NCBI GenBank assembly: GCA_963720545.1
Contig: OY970399.1
Coordinates: 1,728,001 to 1,792,000 of the forward strand
Source: an uncultured Acidobacteriota bacterium
Lineage (GTDB): Bacteria > Acidobacteriota > Vicinamibacteria > Fen-336
Length of the DNA stretch: 64,000 nt
Reading direction: 5' to 3'
A program made the translations under genes and the position numbers. The first letter of the stretch is position 1. Each line of letters starts with the position of its first letter. Shown in pieces: positions 22,881 to 32,057 of the stretch. Under the pieces are notes generated by a model. It did no database searches. It was given only the letters and a program-made list of their open reading frames with translations, and had not been told where the DNA came from.

Positions 22881-23693
22881 ATGAACAAGATCCTGGTCGC
22901 GACCCCGTGTGCGTTTCTCCTTTCCACTCTTGGCTTTGCGGCCGGCTGGCAGCAGGCGGGTTCCAACGCCTTGTGCCGCGACCAGGGGCACAATGACCGG
23001 CCGTCGCACTGCGAGGTGCGCGAGCTGACGTTCGCCCCCAGCGGCACCGTGTCACTGAACGGCGGGCCCAACGGCGGCATCGAGGTGAAGGGCGAGGCTC
23101 GAAGCGACGTGCGCGTGTTCGCCATCGTCGGCGCGAGCGCCGACAGCATCGAGGAGGCGCGGGCGCTGGCCGCCGAGGTCACGATCTCCACGGGCCCCAG
23201 CATCGTCGCGGACGGCCCCGAGAGCCGCCGGCACGCCAGCTGGTGGGTCAGTTACCGCGCGGCGGTGCCGCGCAAGACCAACCTCACGCTGCGCGCCAAC
23301 AACGGCGGTATCGACATCACCTCGGTGTCGGGCGCGATCGAGTTCGACACGACCAACGGTGGCGTCAGCCTCGAGGACGTGGGCGGCGACGTGAAGGGCC
23401 GGACGACGAACGGCGGCCTCGACATTACCCTCACCGGCACCCGCTGGGACGGCGCCGGCCTCGACGCGGTCACCACCAACGGCGGTGTCAGCCTCAGCGT
23501 TCCCGCGAACTACAACGCGCAGATCGAGAGCGGCACCGTCAACGGCGGCGTCGACACCGACTTCCCCATCACGCTGCCGCCCGGCCACCATAGCAGCCGC
23601 AACCGCAAGGTCTCGATGACCATGGGCGCCGGCGGCCCGACGGTCCGCGCCATCACCACCAACGGCGGGATCTCGATCGAGAAGTCGAACTGA
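22881..23693 (+). CDS. Secreted DUF4097/adhesin-like beta-strand repeat protein
   Basis: Signal peptide and repeated T.NGG.I/V motifs. Confidence 0.8.
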   Translation: MNKILVATPCAFLLSTLGFAAGWQQAGSNALCRDQGHNDRPSHCEVRELTFAPSGTVSLNGGPNGGIEVKGEARSDVRVFAIVGASADSIEEARALAAEVTISTGPSIVADGPESRRHASWWVSYRAAVPRKTNLTLRANNGGIDITSVSGAIEFDTTNGGVSLEDVGGDVKGRTTNGGLDITLTGTRWDGAGLDAVTTNGGVSLSVPANYNAQIESGTVNGGVDTDFPITLPPGHHSSRNRKVSMTMGAGGPTVRAITTNGGISIEKSN

Positions 23694-25427
23694 CTAGTAG
23701 CGCCAGCTGGTGATGTCGGCTCCTTTGGGGGCCGTCTTCAGGATGCGTTCGACGATCTTGGGGGCGTACATCTGGGTGTAGCGCAGGCGTGAGATGGCGT
23801 TTGGCTGCTTGTGGTCGCCGTTCCAGCAGTGCTCGGCGCGGTCGCCGTATTCGATCTCGCCGGTGAACGGCGGGTTCTTCGCGCTGCGCAGGAAGTCTTC
23901 GGCCAGGTACACCGCGTTCGTCAGGTAGTAGTTGTCCATGTCGCCGACGTACAGGTTGACCTTGCCGTCGAGCTTCTTGCCGAGGCCCTTGGCTTCCCAG
24001 TCGCGCTTCATGATGTGGACGAGGTCGAAGTTGTCCTGCCAGTACTTGGCGACGTCCTTGTCGATGACGCCGGTGCGGCGGTCCCAGATGCGCTTCGGAT
24101 AGCCGTCCGTGTCGGTCGGCGAAAACACCGACTCCCATACGTCCAGCTGGCCGCCGGAGCGCACCTTGGTGCCGAGCACCAGCTCGAGGCGGCTGCCCTG
24201 CTCGATCGTCTCGCTGAGGTGGCCGAGGTAGTTGCGGTGCGCCGGCTTCATCACCTTCTTGAACGGGCCTTCCCAGTAGAAGGCGTTCTTGTCGTCGTAC
24301 ACGTTCACAGTCATGTGCGCGTGGAAGTCGATGGGATCGGGGCAGGCGGCGTAGCAGCCGTTGAAGTCGTCCGGGTAGAAGACCTGCGCCGCGAGCGCCT
24401 CCCAGCCGCCGGTCGAGCCGCCGTACATGAAGCGCGACCAGCCGGTGCCGAGGCCGCGGTACTTCTTCTCGACGTACGGGATCAGCTCCTTCACGATCGC
24501 GTCGCCGTACGGCCCGTTGTTGGCGGAGTTCACCGCGTACGAATCGTCGTAGTAGGGCGTCGGGTGCTGGATCTCGATCATCAGGAAGCGCGGGAAAGTC
24601 CTCGCGGTCCAGTCCTTGTAGAACTGGTACGCCTGCTCGTCCTCGATGCGGTTGTAACAGTCGAGGTGGAAGCGTTCGCTGTAAACGCACTTCGCGTTCT
24701 TGTCGGGCGGCTGTTCGCTGAACCCGCCGATGGTGTCGGGGAAATGCCCTTGGTTGATCACCAGCGGGTAATGGGCGTTCGGATGCGCATCGAAGCCCTC
24801 CGGCAGCAGTACGTGCACGCCGATGTACATGTCGCGGCCCCAGAACTTCGACAGCAGCTCGCTGCGGATGCGGTCGTGCTTGATGTACTTCGTGGTCGCC
24901 GGCTCGGGAATCGGCGGGATGGTCTTGTCGAGGACGATCTTCACCGCGTCTGTGCCCTTCGGGTCCCACGCGATCTTGCGCGGCGTGCTGTAGAGATTGC
25001 CGGGCGCGCGGCTCCACTGCTGGCCCTCGCCGCGGTCCATCGGCAGCTTCAGCGTGAAGCCGTCGCTGCGCTTGAACGTTTCGTACTTGTGCAGCAGCGC
25101 CTGGACGTTGTAGGTGCCGGCCGGGATGTCGCGCAGCGATTCCATCGGGTAGCCGAGCACCGCGGCATCGAAGGGCGCTGCATCGCCGGCCTTGAAACCA
25201 TCCACGTTCACGCCGAACACCTGCTGGCTGTTGAGCGACGTGTCGCTGATCTGGAAGCGCGGCTCGCGCGCATCGTCGGTTGAAAAGAGGAGGAGCACGC
25301 GCCCGTCGACGGGCGCCGCGGCGCCGTCCGGCAGCGACACGGTGAAGCGCGCGGCGTCCTGCGCGTGGGCGGAGGGAGCGCCGGCAGTCAGTACGGAAGT
25401 GAGTGCAAGGGCAGAGATCAATCGCAT
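23694..25427 (-). CDS. Secreted alpha/beta hydrolase (putative esterase) with N-terminal Ig-like region
   Basis: Signal peptide, SELLSKFWGR, LLPEGF..YP, GGSTGG nucleophile elbow. Confidence 0.75.
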   Translation of the reverse strand: MRLISALALTSVLTAGAPSAHAQDAARFTVSLPDGAAAPVDGRVLLLFSTDDAREPRFQISDTSLNSQQVFGVNVDGFKAGDAAPFDAAVLGYPMESLRDIPAGTYNVQALLHKYETFKRSDGFTLKLPMDRGEGQQWSRAPGNLYSTPRKIAWDPKGTDAVKIVLDKTIPPIPEPATTKYIKHDRIRSELLSKFWGRDMYIGVHVLLPEGFDAHPNAHYPLVINQGHFPDTIGGFSEQPPDKNAKCVYSERFHLDCYNRIEDEQAYQFYKDWTARTFPRFLMIEIQHPTPYYDDSYAVNSANNGPYGDAIVKELIPYVEKKYRGLGTGWSRFMYGGSTGGWEALAAQVFYPDDFNGCYAACPDPIDFHAHMTVNVYDDKNAFYWEGPFKKVMKPAHRNYLGHLSETIEQGSRLELVLGTKVRSGGQLDVWESVFSPTDTDGYPKRIWDRRTGVIDKDVAKYWQDNFDLVHIMKRDWEAKGLGKKLDGKVNLYVGDMDNYYLTNAVYLAEDFLRSAKNPPFTGEIEYGDRAEHCWNGDHKQPNAISRLRYTQMYAPKIVERILKTAPKGADITSWRY

Positions 25428-28400
25428 CTAGAACGTGAACTTAGCAGCGATCTGCACGATGCGCTGGGTGTCGCCGAAGTTGATCTGCGTAGCACGGTCG
25501 GCCCCGAAGTTGAGCCGCGGGTTGGAAAGATTGGCCTGCGGCACGAGCACACCACCGGTGAAGTTGTAGAAGACGTTCTGCTGCGAAGTGACGTTGGTGG
25601 TGTTGAACAGGTTGAAGGCTTCGGCGATCAACTCCAGGCCGAGTTTCTTGCCGAGGCCGATGCGGCGCGACAGCCGCATGTCGACGTTGTAGCCGGTTTC
25701 GAGCCGGTGGGAGTTGCGGCTGCCGGGCACGATGTCGTTGCTCGGGTTGCCGTCGCGGTTCAGGTCGCCCGTGACGACTTCCGAATAGGGCAACCCGCTC
25801 TGGACGCTCGCAATCCAGCTGAGCGACCAGCCGCTCGCGAGCGCGTGCACCAGGCCGGTCGCGCCGCGGCCATAAGCCGGAGTCCACAACCCGCTCCAGA
25901 CCACGCGGTGGCGGACGTCGTTGTCGCCGGCAGCCTTGTCGGCGTCGAAATCGGCGGGGTTGGACGCGTACTTGGAGTCGTCGCCGGCGTTGCCGGGCAC
26001 CACCGCGGTCGCATCGGGCTTGTTGTCGGTGACTTTGCCGAGCGTGTAGGAGAGGTTCGACTGGAACGAGCCGCCGAAGCGCTTCTTCAGCTCGAGCGTG
26101 GCACCGTTGTAGTTCGATTCGGCGCTGCTCTGGAACTGGATGACGCGGGCAAAATTGGCGAACGGCCGCACCAGCGGGAATTGCTGCACCGAAAGCGTGC
26201 TGCCGCCTTGCACCGGGATCGCGGTCGCGAGCGGCGCGCCGTTGTTGATGTCGGTCGAGCGCTGCAGGTTGCGGCCGGCGACGAACAGATAGCTGACGCC
26301 GATCGACATGTCGCGCGACAAGGCGCGTTCGATGCCGGCGCTTGCCTGGTGCACCTCGGGGTTCTCGTAGTCCTTGTCGAAGACGAAGATGCTGGGGCGG
26401 GCGGCGGCTACGCCGGTCGGCGGCGCGGCCAGAACGTTCGGATAGGTCGGCACGGCAGTGCCGGTGATGCGCACCGAGATGACGTTGATGCCGTTGTTGG
26501 AGTGTGCCGTGCCCACCATGATCGATGGTGTCCGACCATAGAAGAGGCCGTAGCCGGCGCGGACGACGGTGCGGTCGTCGGGCGTCCACGAGACGCCGAG
26601 CCGCGGCCCGATGTTGTTCTTGTCGGTCTTGAGGAAGCTGGTATCGATGCCGGCTGCCTCGAGTTGCGCGTCGGGATTGCGCACCGGCGGCTGGTTGAAA
26701 GACTGCAAGTCGTAGCGCAATCCGAGCGACACGTTCACGTTCTTGCCGACGCGCCATTCGTCCTGCACGAACGCAGCGAATTCGTTGATGTCGGGGTGGG
26801 TCTCGGCGCCGGTGGTTCCGGCGCCGGCGAAATTCTGCTGGAAAGCCTCGTTGGCGGCGACGTTGCTCGGTACTCCGCCGGCGAAGCTCGCAAGCGACGA
26901 GAACGAATACGAGCCGCCGAAGAAACCGGGGAAGAAATTGAGGATCCTGTCGCGGTTGTAGTCGGCGCCGCCCTTGAAGGTGTGCGCCCCGCGCACCAGC
27001 GTCACAGTGTCGGCCAGCTGGAAGCGCTTGATGGTGGTCTCACGCGGGCTGAAGTTGTTGCGGCCGAAGGTGAGGACGCGCTGGCCGCTCTGGTTGACGA
27101 GCGTTTCCGGGGAGTCGGTGTTGGCAAGCCCGGGTTCGGAGTCCTTCGTCACCTGCACGCGCACCTCGTTGAACGTGGACGCGCTCAGGACCGTCGACAA
27201 CGAAGCGTTCAGCGAGCGGGTGCGCACCAGTGAGTTGCCGCTGTGCTCCTCGGCGTTCGTCGAGCCGCTGGTTTCGCCGTTGCCGCCGGTGTAGTTCTGG
27301 TGGTTGTAGCGCAGCGTCAGCCGGTTGGCAGGACTGAACTGGTAGTCGACCTTCGCCAGGAAGACGTCCTGGTTCTGCGTGCGGTTGTAGTCGCCGGCCC
27401 GGGCGCGCACCGCGGCGAGGCCGGCCTGGGTGGCCGCGTCCGTCGGCAAATTCCCCGGCAGCACCAGGGCGACGGCATTGGGAATGGTCTGCCGTTGGCC
27501 GTCGTACGAGAGGAAGAAAAACGCCTTGTCCTTCTGGATAGGGCCGCCGAGCGAGCCGCCGAACTGGTGAATGCGGAACGGCGCCTTGGGGCGGATCGGC
27601 GTGAGGATCTTGTTCGCGTAGCTGTTGGCGTTCAGGCTCTTGTCGCGATAGAACTCGAATGCCGAGCCGTGCACTTCGTTGCTGCCGGACTTGGTGACCA
27701 CGTTGATCACGGCGCCGCCGGCCCGACCGAACTCGGCCGAATAGGCGTTGCGGTTCACCTGGAATTCCTGCACCGCATCCTGGCTGAACTGGTAGGGCGC
27801 GCGGCCGGAGCCGGTGCGGCCGAGCGTCTGGCCGAAGAAGGTGTTGTTGTTGTCGGCGCCGTCGATCACCAGGCTGTTGAGCGTGCCACGCTGCCCGGCG
27901 AAGCTGATGTCGCCGCCGCGGGTATCGCGCACGACCCCGGGCGTGGTCAGCACGAAGTCGATGAAGTTGCGGCCGTTGACCGGCAGGTTGGCGACCGCGC
28001 GTTCGCCCACCGACGATGCCTGGCTGGTGCGCGCCGCGTCGATGATCGGCGCCTCGGCCGTCACCGTCACCTCTTCCTGCTGCGAAGCGACCTTGAGGGC
28101 AAGCTTGATGTCGAGCGTCTCGCCGATGCCGAGCTTCACCGCCGGCCGCTTGGTCGTGGCGAAGCCGCTGAGCGACGCCGTGATGTCGTAGTTGCCGACC
28201 GGCAGCAGCGGCGCGCGATAGACGCCGTCCGCGTTGGTGGTGGTCTCGCGCATCAGGCCGGTATCGACGCTGCGGATCACCACCGCGGCGCCAGGGAGGA
28301 GCGCGCCCGATTCGTCGCTGACCGAGCCTTCGATGGTGCCGCCCGCCGCCTGCGATTGCGCGCGAGCGAGCATGGGAAGGAGGAGTGAAAACGACAACGC

Positions 28401-28436
28401 GGCACAGGCAGGCATCAAGAGGGATTTGGTCGACAT
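25428..28436 (-). CDS. Oar-like TonB-dependent receptor with carboxypeptidase-regulatory-like N-domain
   Basis: GTIEGSVSDESGALLPGA, LPVNGRNF, IDGADNN, VTKSGSNEVHGS, C-terminal RIVQIAAKFTF; start uncertain (28436-28514). Confidence 0.92.
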   Translation of the reverse strand: MSTKSLLMPACAALSFSLLLPMLARAQSQAAGGTIEGSVSDESGALLPGAAVVIRSVDTGLMRETTTNADGVYRAPLLPVGNYDITASLSGFATTKRPAVKLGIGETLDIKLALKVASQQEEVTVTAEAPIIDAARTSQASSVGERAVANLPVNGRNFIDFVLTTPGVVRDTRGGDISFAGQRGTLNSLVIDGADNNNTFFGQTLGRTGSGRAPYQFSQDAVQEFQVNRNAYSAEFGRAGGAVINVVTKSGSNEVHGSAFEFYRDKSLNANSYANKILTPIRPKAPFRIHQFGGSLGGPIQKDKAFFFLSYDGQRQTIPNAVALVLPGNLPTDAATQAGLAAVRARAGDYNRTQNQDVFLAKVDYQFSPANRLTLRYNHQNYTGGNGETSGSTNAEEHSGNSLVRTRSLNASLSTVLSASTFNEVRVQVTKDSEPGLANTDSPETLVNQSGQRVLTFGRNNFSPRETTIKRFQLADTVTLVRGAHTFKGGADYNRDRILNFFPGFFGGSYSFSSLASFAGGVPSNVAANEAFQQNFAGAGTTGAETHPDINEFAAFVQDEWRVGKNVNVSLGLRYDLQSFNQPPVRNPDAQLEAAGIDTSFLKTDKNNIGPRLGVSWTPDDRTVVRAGYGLFYGRTPSIMVGTAHSNNGINVISVRITGTAVPTYPNVLAAPPTGVAAARPSIFVFDKDYENPEVHQASAGIERALSRDMSIGVSYLFVAGRNLQRSTDINNGAPLATAIPVQGGSTLSVQQFPLVRPFANFARVIQFQSSAESNYNGATLELKKRFGGSFQSNLSYTLGKVTDNKPDATAVVPGNAGDDSKYASNPADFDADKAAGDNDVRHRVVWSGLWTPAYGRGATGLVHALASGWSLSWIASVQSGLPYSEVVTGDLNRDGNPSNDIVPGSRNSHRLETGYNVDMRLSRRIGLGKKLGLELIAEAFNLFNTTNVTSQQNVFYNFTGGVLVPQANLSNPRLNFGADRATQINFGDTQRIVQIAAKFTF

Positions 28437-28536
28437 GGCGAACCTCATCAATTCGCGCCAGCGTAGCACCGCGGCGGGCCGTTTCCGGAGGCGAATGCGA
28501 CGCTCCTGGTTCAACAGGGGTTGACAGGAATGATTC

Positions 28537-28571
28537 TGAACATGAAACGCATTTTCACAATGTCGTGTTCA
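28537..28571. promoter_or_regulatory. Palindromic operator candidate in the divergent promoter region
   Basis: TGAAA-CGCAT-TTTCA (28543-28557) inside the imperfect repeat TGAACATGA/TCGTGTTCA; AT-rich; TTGACA at 28521. Confidence 0.45.
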
Positions 28572-28653
28572 AGATAAAAAATGGCCTCGCCGCGGCGGCG
28601 CCTGGTGCACTATGTTGATTCCGCACCGTTTTGGCCTTTGCAGGAGGGCGCCG

Positions 28654-29826
28654 ATGTTGATGACGCGAACCGCCACGCTGTTGTCGATCCTTTCACTCGC
28701 ATCGCTGTCGATCGTTTCGATGGCCGCGCCGGCCGGCGCCGCGTCCGCTGGACTGACCGTGGGCAAGCCTGAGATCCGCTCTATGGCAGCGCTCGCGTTC
28801 GGCCCGGACGGAGTTCTGTTCGTCGGCGATTCGGTGGGCGGCGCCGTGTTCGCGATCGACCTTGGCGACAAGACCGAACGGGCGGTGAAGGATCCGAAGC
28901 GGATTCTCGACGTCGAGGGCAAGCTCGCTGCGCTTCTCGGCGCGACGCCCGCGGACATCCTGGTCCACGACATGGCGGTCAATCCCCTCTCGAAGAACGT
29001 CTACTTCGCGGTTTCGCGCGGCCGCGCTGCGCTGGCCGCGGGGTCGCCGTGGGTACTCCCCAACGACGTTGCCACCGCGACGGCGCTGTTGAGGCTCGAC
29101 TTCGACGGCAAGGTGAGCGTTGTCGACCTCGGCGCGGTGCCGTTCGCGCGCGTGGCACTGCCGAACCCGGTCGACCCGGCGAAGAAGCACGCGTGGAAGG
29201 AGGGCCTGCAGGCGCGCGTCGAGACCATCACCGATCTCGGCTATGCGGACGGCACGTTGTGGATCGCGGGCCTGTCGAACGAGGAGTTCGCTTCCACCAT
29301 GTGGCGGGTCAAGTACCCGTTCGACAGCGCGGTGGCGGCGACCACCATCGAGAACTATCACGGCGCGCACCAGAAGTACGAAACCGAGGCGCCGGTGCGA
29401 GCGTTCGTCCCGTACACCTTGAACGGCACGCCGTCGCTGGTGGCGGCCTACCTGTGCACGCCGCTCGTCACATTTTCGGTCGACACTCTGAAGGACAAGG
29501 CGCACGTCAAGGGCCGCACCATTGGCGAGTTCGGCTCGGGCAACTATCCGCTCGACATGGTCCTTTATAAAGACCGCGGCCGCGACAAGTTTCTGATCGC
29601 GAACAGCAACCTGCCGCTGATGATCGTGGACCCGAAGGACATCGAGTCCTATCAGGGCGAGATCACGAAGGGCGAGGACAAGTACCAGTTCGGCGTGCGC
29701 TTCGAGTCGCGCTCGACGCGCGCGGTGCAGCAGCTCGACAACTTCGGCCCCGACTACGTGGTGGCGCTGGAGCGCCTGATGGGCGGGCGGCTCGACCTCT
29801 CGCCGATGCCCGTCGAGCGGTTCTGA
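28654..29826 (+). CDS. Secreted hypothetical protein, probable beta-propeller
   Basis: Signal peptide; LAFGPDGVLFVGD, DMAVNP, ITDLGYADG blade-like repeats; ORF open from 28612. Confidence 0.7.
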   Translation: MLMTRTATLLSILSLASLSIVSMAAPAGAASAGLTVGKPEIRSMAALAFGPDGVLFVGDSVGGAVFAIDLGDKTERAVKDPKRILDVEGKLAALLGATPADILVHDMAVNPLSKNVYFAVSRGRAALAAGSPWVLPNDVATATALLRLDFDGKVSVVDLGAVPFARVALPNPVDPAKKHAWKEGLQARVETITDLGYADGTLWIAGLSNEEFASTMWRVKYPFDSAVAATTIENYHGAHQKYETEAPVRAFVPYTLNGTPSLVAAYLCTPLVTFSVDTLKDKAHVKGRTIGEFGSGNYPLDMVLYKDRGRDKFLIANSNLPLMIVDPKDIESYQGEITKGEDKYQFGVRFESRSTRAVQQLDNFGPDYVVALERLMGGRLDLSPMPVERF

Positions 29827-29900
29827 GCGCGGCCTTTCTCCTCCTCGCGGCGGCACTGACGCTTGAGACGCCGTCCACGGGATCGGGACCGGTCACGCTC

Positions 29901-30926
29901 GTGGGGTTGAGCGAGGCGCAGCGCGCTCGGCTCGGGGGGTTGAGTAGCGCGGAACTGGCAGAAATGCTGGCGGTTTACACCGGTGCATTGAACGCGCGGC
30001 CGGGGCCGGCCAGTGACCAGCCCGCAATCGCCGGGAGCGTTTCGCTTGCAGACGCCGGCCTGCGGTTCACGGCGCGGTTCCCGTTCGTTTCCGGGCTCGA
30101 CTACACCGTTTTCGCTGCGCTCGACGGCGTCTCGCTGCGTAGTTCGTTCCGGGTGGCACCCCCGGCCGGAGACGCGCCCCGTGTTGTCGCGGTCTTTCCT
30201 TCGGGCACCGAGCTGCCGGCGAACACGCTGCGGATGTATGTGCATTTCTCGCAAGCCATGAACGCACGCCAGGTTCACGACCACGTGCGGCTTCTGGATG
30301 CACTGGGCGCGGTCGTGCCGCTCGCCTTCGTCGAAGTGGCCCATGGCCTGTGGAATGCTCCTGCGACACGGCTCACGCTCTTCTTCCATCCGGGCCGCGT
30401 GAAGCGCGGGGTTGCACCGGGTGACGACCTTGGGCCGGTGCTCACGCCCGGCCGGTCTTACCGGCTCCTTGTCGATGGCTCCCTCACCGATGCCGCCGGG
30501 CGGCCGCTTGGAGCCGACTTCTCGCACGCTTTCACCGCGGCCGATGACGATCGCGTGTCGCCCGACGCCGCGCGCGTCGGCGTCACTGCGCCGCCCGACG
30601 CCGGCAGCGCGCTGTCGGTTGCGCTGCCGGAACCGCTCGACGAGGCGCTGCTGCGGCGCTTCGTCTGGGTCGAAGATGCGTCCGGCTCCGCCCTCGCCGG
30701 CGAAGTCACGATTGGCGAAGGGGAGACTCGCTGGCGGTTCCAGCCGCGCGAACCCTGGAAGAGCGGCGCCTATTCGCTGCGCATCTTGCCGGCACTCGAG
30801 GATCGCGCCGGCAACCGCTTCGACCGCCTGTTCGATCGCAGCACGGTTGAAGGTGACGAAGAGGGTACCGCTGGCGCGGCCACGTCGCCGCTGGTCCCGT
30901 TGTCCTTCCCTTTCCGTTTCCCGTGA
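29901..30926 (+). CDS. Hypothetical protein with bacterial Ig-like domains
   Basis: APRVVAVFPS..LPAN.LRMYVHFS, LTDAAGRPL, LEDRAGNRF; the frame extends upstream into a signal-like stretch (LSAAFLLLAAAL from 29823). Confidence 0.65.
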   Translation: MGLSEAQRARLGGLSSAELAEMLAVYTGALNARPGPASDQPAIAGSVSLADAGLRFTARFPFVSGLDYTVFAALDGVSLRSSFRVAPPAGDAPRVVAVFPSGTELPANTLRMYVHFSQAMNARQVHDHVRLLDALGAVVPLAFVEVAHGLWNAPATRLTLFFHPGRVKRGVAPGDDLGPVLTPGRSYRLLVDGSLTDAAGRPLGADFSHAFTAADDDRVSPDAARVGVTAPPDAGSALSVALPEPLDEALLRRFVWVEDASGSALAGEVTIGEGETRWRFQPREPWKSGAYSLRILPALEDRAGNRFDRLFDRSTVEGDEEGTAGAATSPLVPLSFPFRFP

Positions 30927-30938
30927 CTATGAGGCGAC

Positions 30939-31796
30939 TCAGCGAACACGTCGCAGCTCCGCCTCCGAAGCGATGAATCCGAACCCTGGCCAACCGCCAG
31001 ATTGGACCGAACGCTCGAACCACTTGCGCGCTTCCGCCTTGTCGCCGCGCACGAGGTACCAGTTGCCGAGGCCGAAGGCGAGCGTGGCGACCTGAACCTT
31101 GTCGGTGTCCGCGGGGGTGACGACGGCTTCCGGGCCGATCTCGCCACGATAGAGCTGCAGGCGTCGCGTGTAGGCGTTGGTGACCGGCTTGTTGTCCGGA
31201 CGCCGATCGAGCATCGCCTTGGCTTCGTCGCCGCGGCCCGCGCGGCTGAGCGACATCCATAACCAGTCCGTGGAACCCGCCAGCTCCCCGGCATCGGGTG
31301 CGATGGGCTGCGCTTTGGCGAAGGACGACGCCGCCGCGGCAAAGTCGCCGCGCAGGAACTGGACCACACCAAGGTGGTACCAGATGCCGTAGATCGTCGG
31401 GTCGAGGGTGCCGCCGCGCGTGAGGTCGGCGAACGCGCGATCGAGTTCACGCACGGAAAGATATCGATGCCCGCGCCATCGAAGGAGCAGGGCATTGTCC
31501 GGCTCGATTTCGAGCCCGCGCGTGAACGTCGCAATGGCCTCGCGAAACTGCCACGCACCGGACTGCGCAACGCCGAGGTCGATGATGCGCGCAATGTCTG
31601 TTGGCGCGGCGTCGAGAGCGGCTCGCGCGGTCTTGACGGCATCCGTATCGGGGAGCGACCGATACTCCACCCCCTCAGGTGACCGGTATTGCAGTGATGG
31701 CTCGCCTGCCTGCCCTGCGTCGACCACAGGGCAAAGGGTGAGCGCCGTACCGATCGTGAACGTCAGCCCCGCACGCCGCACGTTACTAATCTGCAT
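30939..31796 (-). CDS. Secreted TPR-repeat protein
   Basis: Signal-like N-terminus; several TPR helices (LGVAQSG, YHLGVVQFLRGDF, FGLGNWYL). Confidence 0.75.
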   Translation of the reverse strand: MQISNVRRAGLTFTIGTALTLCPVVDAGQAGEPSLQYRSPEGVEYRSLPDTDAVKTARAALDAAPTDIARIIDLGVAQSGAWQFREAIATFTRGLEIEPDNALLLRWRGHRYLSVRELDRAFADLTRGGTLDPTIYGIWYHLGVVQFLRGDFAAAASSFAKAQPIAPDAGELAGSTDWLWMSLSRAGRGDEAKAMLDRRPDNKPVTNAYTRRLQLYRGEIGPEAVVTPADTDKVQVATLAFGLGNWYLVRGDKAEARKWFERSVQSGGWPGFGFIASEAELRRVR

Positions 31797-31852
31797 ACGG
31801 ACAGATTCTAGAGTCGCCCTCGATAGAGTGCCTCTGTTCGATCCTACTCCCC

Positions 31853-31900
31853 CCGTTTTCCCGAGGACGCCCTGCGCTTGCGCTGCGCCCGAGGGATCTC
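31853..31900 (+). repeat. REP-like repeat, copy 1
   Basis: CCGTTTTCCCGAGGACGCCCTGCGCTTGCGCTGCGCCCGAGGGATCTC; similar copies at 37583, 37637 and 37996(-). Confidence 0.8.
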
Positions 31901-31944
31901 GGTGTCGAACGCGCAACACTGATGGAGGCGCCGATAGAAGTGGT

Positions 31945-31966
31945 GGACTGCGTCCGGACGCAGTCC
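31945..31966. repeat. Perfect 22-bp palindrome
   Basis: GGACTGCGTCCGGACGCAGTCC; same 18-bp core at 37691 and 37951. Confidence 0.9.
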
Positions 31967-31982
31967 GTTACCAATCACCTCA

Positions 31983-32020
31983 CCGTTTTCCCGAGGGGCG
32001 GCGACTCTTGGTCGGGGATC
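31983..32020 (+). repeat. Degenerate REP-like copy
   Basis: CCGTTTTCCCGAGG...GGGGATC. Confidence 0.5.
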
Positions 32021-32057
32021 GGAACCGAGCGGGCTTTGGTCGTCGCTAACATGGGGT

